Below the pieces are notes generated by a model. The model saw nothing but the letters and a program-made list of their open reading frames with translations, was not told where the DNA came from and ran no database searches. This document shows, in pieces, positions 1 to 7,622 of a DNA stretch of 60,849 nucleotides. Within the stretch, counting starts at the first letter, position 1; every line of letters starts with the position of its first letter. A program made the position numbers and the translations under genes. Source of the DNA: a virus (taxonomy: Duplodnaviria > Caudoviricetes); the IMG/VR virus record IMGVR_UViG_3300042452_000489, positions 1 to 60,849 of that record. One strand, 5' to 3'.

Positions 1-253
1 TCGGTTCCACCCACGGCCAGCCGCAGCGCATCGCTGTAGATGCTGCGCCAGATCGCGGTTGTAGCGATCAGGCGACCCGAGTCCCGTGCCATGACATCAG
101 CCAGCGCGCTGTAGACGCTGGCAATCTTCGCCCGGTCGGTGGAGGTGGCCGACTTCAGGGCGGTGGCAACTGGTCCCGTGGCGGCTGGCCGTGGGGAACT
201 GACAAACGACGCCGCAACCAACAGGGTTGCGAGCGTGACCGGCAGGTACTGGA

Positions 254-454
254 TCAGCCCAGAAGGGCTTGGAGCAGCTGACTGCATGCGTCGATGACCT
301 TCGGGCTGGAGGAACTTTCCTTGATCAGGATCACCTGTTCGATCTGCTTCATGGTGCTGGGCTTCTTGGCCTGGAGCTTGAGGTTCGGAAGAACAAACTG
401 CCCGAACAGCACCAGCCCGAGGACACCAAGAGAAATCATCTGGAATGTGGTCAT
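254..454 (-). CDS. Small single-TM protein, holin-like (repeat copy)
   Basis: N-terminal hydrophobic helix ISLGVLGLVLFGQFVL followed by basic residues; ATGA overlap with the protease gene. Confidence 0.6.
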   Translation of the reverse strand: MTTFQMISLGVLGLVLFGQFVLPNLKLQAKKPSTMKQIEQVILIKESSSSPKVIDACSQLLQALLG

Positions 455-1413
455 AGGATCTTGGCTCCTGGGATGAAGATGGTGACCCCGCCGACGCTCT
501 GCGAGGCCGAGTAGTTGAGCAGCTTGTGCGGATCCAGAAGCCCCCAGCCATAGACGCTGTCATGACCAGCCTCCCCGGCATCACGGCATGTCTCACGCAA
601 CGCCTTGACCACGGACTTGTGGTCGATCTTCTTGCCCTGCTGCTTGGCGTCCGACGCCCAGAGGGCCAAGGCACCAGCGACAAAGGGCGCCGCCATAGAG
701 GTGCCGCTGATGGTGGCGTAGCCATTGGCCAGCCACGTGCTGGTGATGTCGGCTCCTGGCGCAGCGACGACGATCTCCTTGCCGCGCGAAGAGAACTCGC
801 AGGCAGAGCCGCTACGGTCCACGGCACCGACGCCAATCGTCTCTTGGAACGCGGCCGGGAAGTTGACCGCACCACCGTCGTTACCGGCGGCGCAGACGAT
901 GATCAGGCCCAGGCTGCAGGCGTGCTTAATCGCACGGTGCAGACCTTCGTCCGGCCGGGGGGAACCCAGCGACATGCAGATGATGTCGGCCTTCACATCC
1001 GCGGCGTAGGACACGGCAGCGGACACAGCCTTGTTGCTGCCCATGCCGCTGTGCCCCAGCACCTTCAGACCCAAGAGCTTGGCCTCGGGGGCGATCCCCT
1101 TGGCGAGGCCGGACCTCGCACCGATCACGCCAGCCACGTGCGTGCCATGGCCGAGCGTGTCCTCGTCGGATCCATCGGACGAGAAGTTGCGGTACTCGGC
1201 CACCGCATCGATCAGAGCCGTGTGCTTGGAGATCCCGCTGTCGATCACCGCAACCGTGACGCCGGCGCCCTTGGTCTGCTTCCACAGACTCGGGATTCCA
1301 TACGACTCAACAGCCCAGTCCACACCGTCCTTGCCCGAGAGCGGGACAGCCCCGAAGTCAACCCGGTAAGGAGGCAGGTGAACGTAGTCACTCATCGGTG
1401 CCGAGAGTCTCAA
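451..1413 (-). CDS. S8 subtilisin-like serine protease (repeat copy; start may be the ATG at 1395)
   Basis: VAVIDSG (Asp), GHGTHVAG (His), AAGNDG (oxyanion Asn), SGTSMAAPFVAG (Ser). Confidence 0.95.
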   Translation of the reverse strand: MRLSAPMSDYVHLPPYRVDFGAVPLSGKDGVDWAVESYGIPSLWKQTKGAGVTVAVIDSGISKHTALIDAVAEYRNFSSDGSDEDTLGHGTHVAGVIGARSGLAKGIAPEAKLLGLKVLGHSGMGSNKAVSAAVSYAADVKADIICMSLGSPRPDEGLHRAIKHACSLGLIIVCAAGNDGGAVNFPAAFQETIGVGAVDRSGSACEFSSRGKEIVVAAPGADITSTWLANGYATISGTSMAAPFVAGALALWASDAKQQGKKIDHKSVVKALRETCRDAGEAGHDSVYGWGLLDPHKLLNYSASQSVGGVTIFIPGAKIL

Positions 1414-1720
1414 GCGTCATGAGAACGATGCGGAGCAGGGGCACCAAGACGTTGACGATGAACGTCCAGTCGAACCCGAGGGCCGAGTACTCCGACCCGA
1501 GGGCGAACGCCGTGACCGCCTCGTCCTCGGCGATATCCCAAGCGTACATGGCGCGGACGTCGTCGCTCTTCAGAACCGGGATCACCAGCCGGGCGATCTT
1601 GTCAACGATCTCCCACTGCTCCAGTGCCGGGAGGTCACGGCGAAAACCCTTCGCCACCTCCAGCACCTTGGTCAGAAGGTCGCGGTGAGCCAGCAGCCAC
1701 TTCAGAACCTGCAGGTTCAT
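1388..1720 (-). CDS. Membrane protein with C-terminal hydrophobic helix (repeat copy)
   Basis: GFDWTFIVNVLVPLLRIVL; AGGA RBS and ATGA coupling. Confidence 0.7.
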   Translation of the reverse strand: MNLQVLKWLLAHRDLLTKVLEVAKGFRRDLPALEQWEIVDKIARLVIPVLKSDDVRAMYAWDIAEDEAVTAFALGSEYSALGFDWTFIVNVLVPLLRIVLMTLETLGTDE

Positions 1721-2085
1721 GGTTTGTCCTCATGGTCAAGTACAGCGATCCCAACCACGGCGTGGCCGGCGATGTCCAACAGCGTGTCCCTAATAGCAAA
1801 TGTCTCCAAAGGCCCTCGGAGACGACGGCATTTCTCCCCTACCCGGGCGACTTGGTATTTCCAGGGGACAATCCCGTCTTCCTGCACCCCGAGGGCGTTG
1901 GACAGGGGGTTCTCCCGGCACCCGTAATACCCCCGCTTCCTGGTGAGCAGACGGTACAGGGTAACGCAAATCTTCCAGTACGGGTCATCGGCCAGGAGCT
2001 GGTCCAGCTCACCAAACAGTCTGGCGGATCGCTCTTTGCAGTCTTCCGTACTCGGCCCAGAAGCTGGGGTGATGGTCGGGGTCAT
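1717..2085 (-). CDS. DUF1599 / nucleotide-modification-associated domain-like protein
   Basis: KRGYYG...NPLSN...RVGEKCRRL...IRDTLLDIAGHAVV resembles the K-x-x-DYG...DK-x-x-RL...DTLLDLANY pattern. Start inferred. Confidence 0.6.
   Translation of the reverse strand: MTPTITPASGPSTEDCKERSARLFGELDQLLADDPYWKICVTLYRLLTRKRGYYGCRENPLSNALGVQEDGIVPWKYQVARVGEKCRRLRGPLETFAIRDTLLDIAGHAVVGIAVLDHEDKP
1789..1805 (-). promoter_or_regulatory. Candidate late-promoter motif upstream of the protease cassette
   Basis: AGACATTTGCTATTAGG resembles the repeated motif GGGCATTRGTCAGTAGG; AT-rich patch inside a GC-rich ORF. Confidence 0.45.
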
Positions 2086-2353
2086 CGTCTCTGTCCTCCA
2101 TGTCCACCAAAAATGCGCATCTAGCATGGGCCCACTCCTCGGCGAACGTGTCAACCAAGTTGTCCTTATCCTGGGTATTCAGCAGGTAGATGGTCCCTGC
2201 CTCCTCCTCCGGATCGAACTGAAACGTCCCCAAGTTGCCGCCCATTTGCTTCGGCGTCCGCAGGTACATCCTGACGGGAAACATCAGCGGGAACCTGCTC
2301 GTCGCCCACCGCCTCAGCTTGCGTAGCAAGGGCCGCCGCCAGTCGCTTGACAT
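2009..2353 (-). CDS. Zincin-like small protein with degenerate HExxH (EEWAH)
   Basis: GTIYL...DTFAEEWAHA...HHPSFW layout resembles small phage metallopeptidases. Confidence 0.5.
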   Translation of the reverse strand: MSSDWRRPLLRKLRRWATSRFPLMFPVRMYLRTPKQMGGNLGTFQFDPEEEAGTIYLLNTQDKDNLVDTFAEEWAHARCAFLVDMEDRDDDPDHHPSFWAEYGRLQRAIRQTVW

Positions 2354-2636
2354 CAGTCAGCCTCAGTATCACCAGCCAGGGCTTGTTGTTTCGGCGGTGA
2401 AGAACGACAGGGAGATTCTCTCCGCAGTCGCCGCAGGCTTGGTCCACCCAGTCGTATGGGTTCCCTCGCTCGCACCGCTTGACCTCTAGGTGAATGTCCG
2501 CTTCCGTGGCCACATCGGGCGAGTCAGGAGAACCGCTGAATTGCTGGCCTCTTCGCGACTTCAGGCCGGTGGCTTTGGCCCATTCTTTGGCCGCATCCCG
2601 CTCGCCGCGGGCGCCCTTGGCGCGGCTGTTAGTCAT
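2166..2636 (-). CDS. PD-(D/E)XK Holliday-junction resolvase-like nuclease
   Basis: NSRAKGARGER...SPDV...IHLEVKR...PVVLHRRN. Confidence 0.8.
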   Translation of the reverse strand: MTNSRAKGARGERDAAKEWAKATGLKSRRGQQFSGSPDSPDVATEADIHLEVKRCERGNPYDWVDQACGDCGENLPVVLHRRNNKPWLVILRLTDVKRLAAALATQAEAVGDEQVPADVSRQDVPADAEANGRQLGDVSVRSGGGGRDHLPAEYPG

Positions 2637-2895
2637 GCTGCTTCCACCTCACCGTGATGAAGGTTCCGATCCACGCACCCGCAGCCAGAGGGAACAGGTA
2701 GAAGATGTTCTTGCTGTAGCTCACCACGCCGACCGCCAGCAGGGAGTAGAGGACCGACGACACCGAAGCCGCAAGTATGGGCCGGCGCTTCTCCACGCAG
2801 ATGATGTAGTAGGCGTAGAGCATGTCTACGATCACGTACACCAGGAAGATCAGGGCGGCCGTGGCATAAGAAAAGTCGCTATTCATTTCTTCCAC
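2629..2895 (-). CDS. Small multi-pass membrane protein
   Basis: Three hydrophobic segments; coupled to neighbouring genes. Confidence 0.7.
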   Translation of the reverse strand: MEEMNSDFSYATAALIFLVYVIVDMLYAYYIICVEKRRPILAASVSSVLYSLLAVGVVSYSKNIFYLFPLAAGAWIGTFITVRWKQHD

Positions 2896-3125
2896 TTGGC
2901 GTGTTGGAGTTGGGCATGACGAACCTCAATCTCAACGAGGTAGTCAAACTGCTCGCGGATCAGCTGGACCACCTCGGATGCACGCCTCCGGTCCAGCACC
3001 TTGCTGTTCTTGCCGATCCACGTGCCGACCGGATTGCCGAGCTGCATGTCCCGGCTCGGGTTCTCCGTCTCCCACCAGTAGTCCACGGTGAGGTTCATCG
3101 TCTTGGTGCGATCACCCGTCAGCAT
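2883..3125 (-). CDS. Hypothetical protein
   Basis: Fills the operon slot with overlapping start and stop. Confidence 0.55.
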   Translation of the reverse strand: MLTGDRTKTMNLTVDYWWETENPSRDMQLGNPVGTWIGKNSKVLDRRRASEVVQLIREQFDYLVEIEVRHAQLQHAKWKK

Positions 3126-3495
3126 TGTCAGGCTCCCGGGAGGCCATGAGGTTTCCGATTACCTCCAGCACATGGTTCGGCCTGGGCTTGGCCGCGCCCA
3201 GCGACAGGAGGTAGGACGAGAGAGTCTCGCCCGTCTGCCGGTCGGCTAGATCCGCGACCATCCGGCCGTACTCGTCTCGGATGTAGTCATGCGGGACGAG
3301 CATCAACCGCTCGGCGTCGGCGTGAATCTCGCACCAATCGACTATGTGGTTGGCCGCGTCGGCCTGACACCACACACCAGCGATCACCACTGCGATCTCG
3401 CATCGCGCCCTGGACAGAGGGCAGTAGGCCCTGACCTGCAGGGTGTCGTTGCGCGTGACCCGGGTGACCGTGACTATGGAGTGCGTGTCTTCCAT
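3112..3495 (-). CDS. Thermonuclease (SNase)-like protein with degenerate active site
   Basis: VTRVTRNDTL (cf. V-x-RV-x-DGDT), RDEYGRMVA (cf. DKYGR-x-LA), LSSYLLSLGAA. Confidence 0.6.
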   Translation of the reverse strand: MEDTHSIVTVTRVTRNDTLQVRAYCPLSRARCEIAVVIAGVWCQADAANHIVDWCEIHADAERLMLVPHDYIRDEYGRMVADLADRQTGETLSSYLLSLGAAKPRPNHVLEVIGNLMASREPDNADG

Positions 3496-3872
3496 GACCC
3501 GACGTTTCGCTCGCGTTCTTCTAGGTAGTAATCAGGGATCGGCGTGGGGTCATACCCGAGATGCTTCTTCCGCAGCAGGCTGGCCAAGTACTCCGCATCA
3601 AAGTTGTCGGGGTCCGACTCCAGCTTCGCCGTGAGAACTGAACTATTGTACAGGCTCGGGAAGTTTCCTGCAACTCGGCCCGAGTGAAGGATGTCATGAT
3701 CGCGATGACAAAGGCGAACGTAATTCCTCACATCGTTCTTGCGACCACGGCCGCCGATGATGTGATGAACGTCCAGCTTCCTGCGGCCATCTGATTCAGG
3801 CCACCAGCAGATCGCGCAGCAGCGATGCAGCTCCACCCACTCAAGCAGCGCAGCCTTCTCTTGCTTATTCAC
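3474..3872 (-). CDS. HNH-type endonuclease
   Basis: CAIC...LDVHHI...N...RLCHRDH. Confidence 0.75.
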   Translation of the reverse strand: MNKQEKAALLEWVELHRCCAICWWPESDGRRKLDVHHIIGGRGRKNDVRNYVRLCHRDHDILHSGRVAGNFPSLYNSSVLTAKLESDPDNFDAEYLASLLRKKHLGYDPTPIPDYYLEERERNVGSWKTRTP

Positions 3873-4281
3873 TGACCCGCTCCAGATCCCTGGTCAGGTA
3901 ATCGATGCACTTGGCCAGCCTGACGGTGGCCTCCTGCGACTTGCCCTGGCATGCCATGTTGCATGGGTGGCACAGAACCCCGCGGAAGTGACCGCCGTCA
4001 TGGCAGTGGTCGAACTTCTGCGAATGCGAATCCTCAAGCGGTGCGCCGCAAGACTGGCACGCCGGGATCTCCATGAAAAGCCGGACCTCATCCTTGGTCA
4101 GGCCATACCTGGAGGCGCGATGGACAACGCTATAGCTGTCGCGTCTTTTGTAGCCCGCCGTGGCGCGTGTCTTGCATTCCCTGCACCACGCCTGCAGCCC
4201 GTCCTTGCTTCGATTCTGGCGATGGAAGTCACCGACAGGCTTGACTTCACCGCAGCATGAGCATCGCTTCTCGGTCAGCAC
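3865..4281 (-). CDS. Endonuclease VII-like protein with N-terminal zinc finger
   Basis: CSCCG...FH...KDG...CREC, then YGLT...CQSC...DHCH...RGVLCHPCN; AAGGAG RBS with GTG start. Confidence 0.85.
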   Translation of the reverse strand: MLTEKRCSCCGEVKPVGDFHRQNRSKDGLQAWCRECKTRATAGYKRRDSYSVVHRASRYGLTKDEVRLFMEIPACQSCGAPLEDSHSQKFDHCHDGGHFRGVLCHPCNMACQGKSQEATVRLAKCIDYLTRDLERVSE

Positions 4282-4316
4282 ACTCCTTTGCGCTTCCCAT
4301 CTCCGTGGGTCGCGGG

Positions 4317-4346
4317 AGTGTACATCCGCACACCAAATTCAGTCAA
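4317..4346 (-). promoter_or_regulatory. Sigma70-type promoter for the nuclease operon
   Basis: TTGACT-N18-TACACT, 35 nt upstream of the EndoVII start. Confidence 0.6.
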
Positions 4347-4349
4347 ATG

Positions 4350-4607
4350 AACAGACCCCATCCCCGCCGAAGAGGCTGGGCCTCCCGGTTTGCCAAGGGG
4401 TTGGCACCGATGGTCGCCTTATCATTAGGCTCTTCGGCTTACGACCGGGACGTTGGGGTAATGCCGGATCTAATACCGGCCCGTTGCCCGGGTTTCGCGC
4501 GACCACCAGCTGGACTTCTGCGGACTAGCCGCTCCTGCGTAGGCAGGCTTTTCTTTAGGCTGGCGCTGTTATTAGCGTGCTAGACTGCCAGGAAATGACG
4601 CACGTGG
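4350..4607 (-). ncRNA. Candidate structured non-coding RNA
   Basis: No credible ORF and a dense set of hairpins (GCCGAAGAG 4366-4374 with CTCTTCGGC 4430-4438, TGCCAA/TTGGCA, GCCGG/CCGGC, CCTGC/GCAGG) between two promoters. Confidence 0.45.
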
Positions 4608-4613
4608 GGGAAC

Positions 4614-4641
4614 ACTGTAATTGTTTTGCTAGGAAAGTCAA
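4614..4641 (-). promoter_or_regulatory. Sigma70-type promoter upstream of the structured region
   Basis: TTGACT-N16-TACAGT in an AT-rich patch. Confidence 0.55.
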
Positions 4642-4711
4642 TCAATTCCAAGGCCGCTGGCGTGCGATTAGACGGCCGTTAAGGCAGGTGCGGCCAGATG
4701 GCGGCGTGTTG

Positions 4712-5329
4712 TCAAACGGGCGCCTCGCGTGCAGCCAGAGGCCCGTAGAAGTATCTCTCGTCCTTGCTGACGTCCCAGTCACAGGACTCGGCTTGGTACA
4801 CCTCCTCTTGGACGCAGTAGCCGCAGGCCCTCGGGTCTGGGTTGGAGCCGCAGAAATACCCGTCCTTCCATGCTATGCGATTTGTTGGCAGGGCGCAAAG
4901 GTTCCCGTCCTCCAAGGCCATGACATGGGCGCACTTGTTCTGCTCGGGAGTAAGCGTAAAACCTGGGCGCTCCAGCGAGCTGGGGAGCCAGTCTACCGTG
5001 AATAGATACTCACCGGACACCTTGCCTGACCGAAGGTAACAGTCGGCCTGATGGTCCCGCAGGTAGGAGAACACGGTCACCACCGGGCGGTCGGAGAAAC
5101 AATCCCACAGCTGGACATCCGGCAGCGATCTCCCGCCACCCATGCTCATCGACAAGGCATGGATCGGCACGCCACGGTAATGGGCACCCGACTTGAGCAT
5201 CACGTGGAAAGACAGGGCCCTGCCAGGAATGGACTGTATGGCAAAGGCATACGCTTCCTCATGCCCCGACTGTCGGCTAATGAACGGCCGCCGCACGTAG
5301 CACCGAAGGAATGGGATGTCAGCATTCAT
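4712..5329 (-). CDS. Phage hypothetical protein
   Basis: 205-aa ORF with globular composition (LWDCFS, GEYLFTVDW, NLCALPTNRI). Confidence 0.8.
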   Translation of the reverse strand: MNADIPFLRCYVRRPFISRQSGHEEAYAFAIQSIPGRALSFHVMLKSGAHYRGVPIHALSMSMGGGRSLPDVQLWDCFSDRPVVTVFSYLRDHQADCYLRSGKVSGEYLFTVDWLPSSLERPGFTLTPEQNKCAHVMALEDGNLCALPTNRIAWKDGYFCGSNPDPRACGYCVQEEVYQAESCDWDVSKDERYFYGPLAAREAPV

Positions 5330-5511
5330 CTTTGCACCTGTTGCAGGTTTCGGTTTTACGAGTCACGTTCTTGCTACCTGTCGCTGCCGGCGACAGGCGT
5401 GCCATGCAGCACTCGGTAACGCCGTGCCTCGCGTCCCGCGGCCGGGCGGCGCGGAACCGGCGGGGTGATATGCGGAACGACGGCGGCTATCAGGAACCGC
5501 ATAAACACTGG

Positions 5512-5863
5512 TTCTGTGGCTACTTGCTGCCATGCTCTGCGGGCGGCTCTGGCATCGGCATCCAATACTGCGGGCCGTCCACAGCGTTGTTCTCCCGGCA
5601 GACCTTGTAGGTGCCGACGCTGGTGTTGGGATACCACCAGCCCTCGCCCGCTGGGTCGATGGCTCCGATGTTGATGTCGAACCCGTCTTCCCACCATGCG
5701 TTTCGCACAATCCACACGCCTGCCGACCACCAGCCGACAAGGATGTCGGTGCCGTCCTTTGGTGCGGTTTCGATTGGCTGCCAGTTGTTGCCCATGTCTC
5801 CCTTTCTACGCCCACAGAACCAGCGGATGAAGCGGACGGCGGGGCCGCCGCTTATCCTGCGTG
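5512..5863 (+). mobile_element. Integron-type gene cassette carrying a reverse-oriented DUF551 gene
   Basis: Starts at G|TTCTGT (5511-5517) and ends in an attC-like site whose inverse core ACAGAAC (5814-5820) is complementary to that start. Confidence 0.6.
5520..5795 (-). CDS. DUF551-family protein
   Basis: WQPIETAPKDGTDIL...PQYWMPMPEPP; GGGAG RBS. Confidence 0.85.
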   Translation of the reverse strand: MGNNWQPIETAPKDGTDILVGWWSAGVWIVRNAWWEDGFDINIGAIDPAGEGWWYPNTSVGTYKVCRENNAVDGPQYWMPMPEPPAEHGSK

Positions 5864-5869
5864 TTCACT
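5814..5869 (+). other. attC-like recombination site
   Basis: AAC-CAGCG-GATGAAGC-loop-GCTTATC-CTGCGT-GTT: 5-nt spacer, 8-nt L box with one extrahelical base, 7-nt L box, 6-nt spacer. Confidence 0.65.
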
Positions 5870-6113
5870 TGAACCGCTCCAACAGCCCCCTCACCACGCG
5901 TTCCGTGAAGTCCGCGCAACGGTACGATGCGTCCTCCGCGACACCATGCAGAACATCCCGCTCCTCGTCGGTGAGCGTGAAGTTTTGTTGCGAGGAAACT
6001 TGACGCCGCAGCCGCTCAATCTCGGCCGCAGCCTCGTCCAGCAGCGCCATCGGCTCGCCTTCCTGCTCGGCTCGCAGTGATCTCTCTCGCAGCTCTTGCG
6101 CTATATCAGTCAT
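5865..6113 (-). CDS. Hypothetical protein
   Basis: MTDIAQELR...EAAAEIERLR...LTDEER, a common small-phage-protein pattern. Confidence 0.75.
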   Translation of the reverse strand: MTDIAQELRERSLRAEQEGEPMALLDEAAAEIERLRRQVSSQQNFTLTDEERDVLHGVAEDASYRCADFTERVVRGLLERFK

Positions 6114-6319
6114 ACCCCGCACTCCAGCAAGCTGCTCGGAATCATATTACGGATAGTCTCAGCCAAGTCAATCGTTTCGCTGTCGGCGTCACCGTGCTTG
6201 ATAAGAGATCGGCACTTGTTGTCGATGTCTGACAAAGCCCGCAACGCCTGCTGGCCAGACAGGGCAGCATGAAACTCATAGTCGTCGTCAGGCAGCGTGA
6301 AGTTTAGCGAGGCGCGCAT
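6110..6319 (-). CDS. Hypothetical protein
   Basis: GGAG RBS; ATGA coupling to the next gene. Confidence 0.75.
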   Translation of the reverse strand: MRASLNFTLPDDDYEFHAALSGQQALRALSDIDNKCRSLIKHGDADSETIDLAETIRNMIPSSLLECGV

Positions 6320-6417
6320 GGTGGACTCCAGAGGTTAACGAGAAGCAAAAGGACGGCAAGAACACCATAGAAGTACAGGTCCGGCATGATGTCGATGATT
6401 GTTAGCAACTCCCCCAT
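6304..6417 (-). CDS. 37-aa hydrophobic peptide
   Basis: Manual translation MGELLTIIDIMPDLYFYGVLAVLLLLVNLWSPPCAPR fills the gap. Confidence 0.4.
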   Translation of the reverse strand: MGELLTIIDIMPDLYFYGVLAVLLLLVNLWSPPCAPR

Positions 6418-6420
6418 ACG

Positions 6421-7026
6421 CTAATAAGCCTTTCTTTCAGACGGTTTACTTCCGCCTCTAAAATCCTTATGCGTGCCGCGAGAATAGAATTCGCGCTCCT
6501 CAGTCTCTCCTCCTCCGTGGAGGAACATGTCGGTGTCGCCATCGACAAGGTCAAGACAGTGGTGCGGGTACAGCAGATAAGTAAGCTGCTCGGCTGGTCG
6601 CAGGAATCTCCTGGGGCAGACGAGGGTGGGGACGTCATGCCCTCGGCCGCGGTCATAGACGACTTGCTCGGTCCAAGAGTCATCTCGGTCAAGGGTGGTG
6701 AGCCACACCCAGCAGCCTGTGGGCTTGGAGATGTACACGTAGGCGATGTGCCCAATGCGCTCTCTCGCAAGTCCTCGCATGTCGTCAACGAACACGGTGT
6801 CATATGGGTAATCTTTCGGTGACGAGAACGTCAGCGACCTCTCCTTGATCTCCACGCTCATCAGGGCCACGGCGTCAGGCGACTCTACGTGGTCGGTGAG
6901 CTTGTTGTGCCTGCCGATGACCAGCTTCTTTCCGTGAGCCACTGAGCGTCCCTGGCTTCGCAGGTCGTCCACCCAGCGGCGCTCGGCTGCATGGCCATCA
7001 GCCAGTGATGTACGGAACAAACGCAT
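6421..7026 (-). CDS. Putative PD-(D/E)XK-fold nuclease
   Basis: G-x-x-AE...SPD...VEIK motif; GGAG RBS before the ATG at 7026. Confidence 0.55.
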   Translation of the reverse strand: MRLFRTSLADGHAAERRWVDDLRSQGRSVAHGKKLVIGRHNKLTDHVESPDAVALMSVEIKERSLTFSSPKDYPYDTVFVDDMRGLARERIGHIAYVYISKPTGCWVWLTTLDRDDSWTEQVVYDRGRGHDVPTLVCPRRFLRPAEQLTYLLYPHHCLDLVDGDTDMFLHGGGETEEREFYSRGTHKDFRGGSKPSERKAY

Positions 7027-7501
7027 GTCTACTCCATGACAGTGCGGCAACCTCAACTCTCGGCATCCGGACTCCCGCGAACCGACCAGACGCATGCAGA
7101 TCCAGTACGGCCACGGCGATCTCCGCGGGGCTCGGGTAGTCCGGCTGCAGGCCGTCATCCAGCCACTCCAGCTGGCTCGGGATGTATTCCTCCTGGCGGA
7201 TCTCGTCGGCCTGTGACCTCACAACCGAGGCCCACCGCGTGGACCGCCCGAAGATTTCCCCGATGTCCTCGTCATCCAAGCCAGGGTCCAGCATCGCCAC
7301 CACCGCCAGCCGTTCGTCGCTCGGGATGGACCTGCAGGCCCGCAGGATCTTGACGACGCCTACGACCTGGGATGGCTCAAGCCCGATCTTCTCGGCCACT
7401 CGGCTCGGCGTCTCCCGGTTCGTCACGCACCTCCGGTGCAGCTCCTTTGCCATACCCAAAGCATGACGCAATCCATCGACGCATCCGAGTCCACCAGCCA
7501 T
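6998..7501 (-). CDS. Putative helix-turn-helix DNA-binding protein
   Basis: Two HTH-like segments (PSRVAEKIGLEPSQV; DEDIGEIFGRSTRW). Confidence 0.5.
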   Translation of the reverse strand: MAGGLGCVDGLRHALGMAKELHRRCVTNRETPSRVAEKIGLEPSQVVGVVKILRACRSIPSDERLAVVAMLDPGLDDEDIGEIFGRSTRWASVVRSQADEIRQEEYIPSQLEWLDDGLQPDYPSPAEIAVAVLDLHASGRFAGVRMPRVEVAALSWSRHAFVPYITG

Positions 7502-7622
7502 CTCGCTTCTCCTCCTTGATGAACGTCTGCGGGAACACGTGTTCGACATCGAACACGCTGATCACTTCCTCAACATCAACCAGACAGTCGGGCCGCTTGC
7601 TGCTTGTGGTCACGGCGAGCAA
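7377..7622 (-). CDS. Hypothetical protein
   Basis: Fills the operon slot; start uncertain. Confidence 0.4.
   Translation of the reverse strand: MLAVTTSSKRPDCLVDVEEVISVFDVEHVFPQTFIKEEKRDGWWTRMRRWIASCFGYGKGAAPEVRDEPGDAEPSGREDRA

Larger units (their letters stand above)
1..1941. repeat. Terminal direct repeat, left copy (circular overlap or terminal redundancy)
   Basis: Sequence and ORF track recur at offset 58908. Differences seen at 1837/60745, 1840/60748 and 1879/60787. Confidence 0.97.

Noticed and set aside
451-1413. True gene duplication of the subtilisin cassette
   Set aside because: The second copy is part of the terminal repeat; there is one copy per unit genome.
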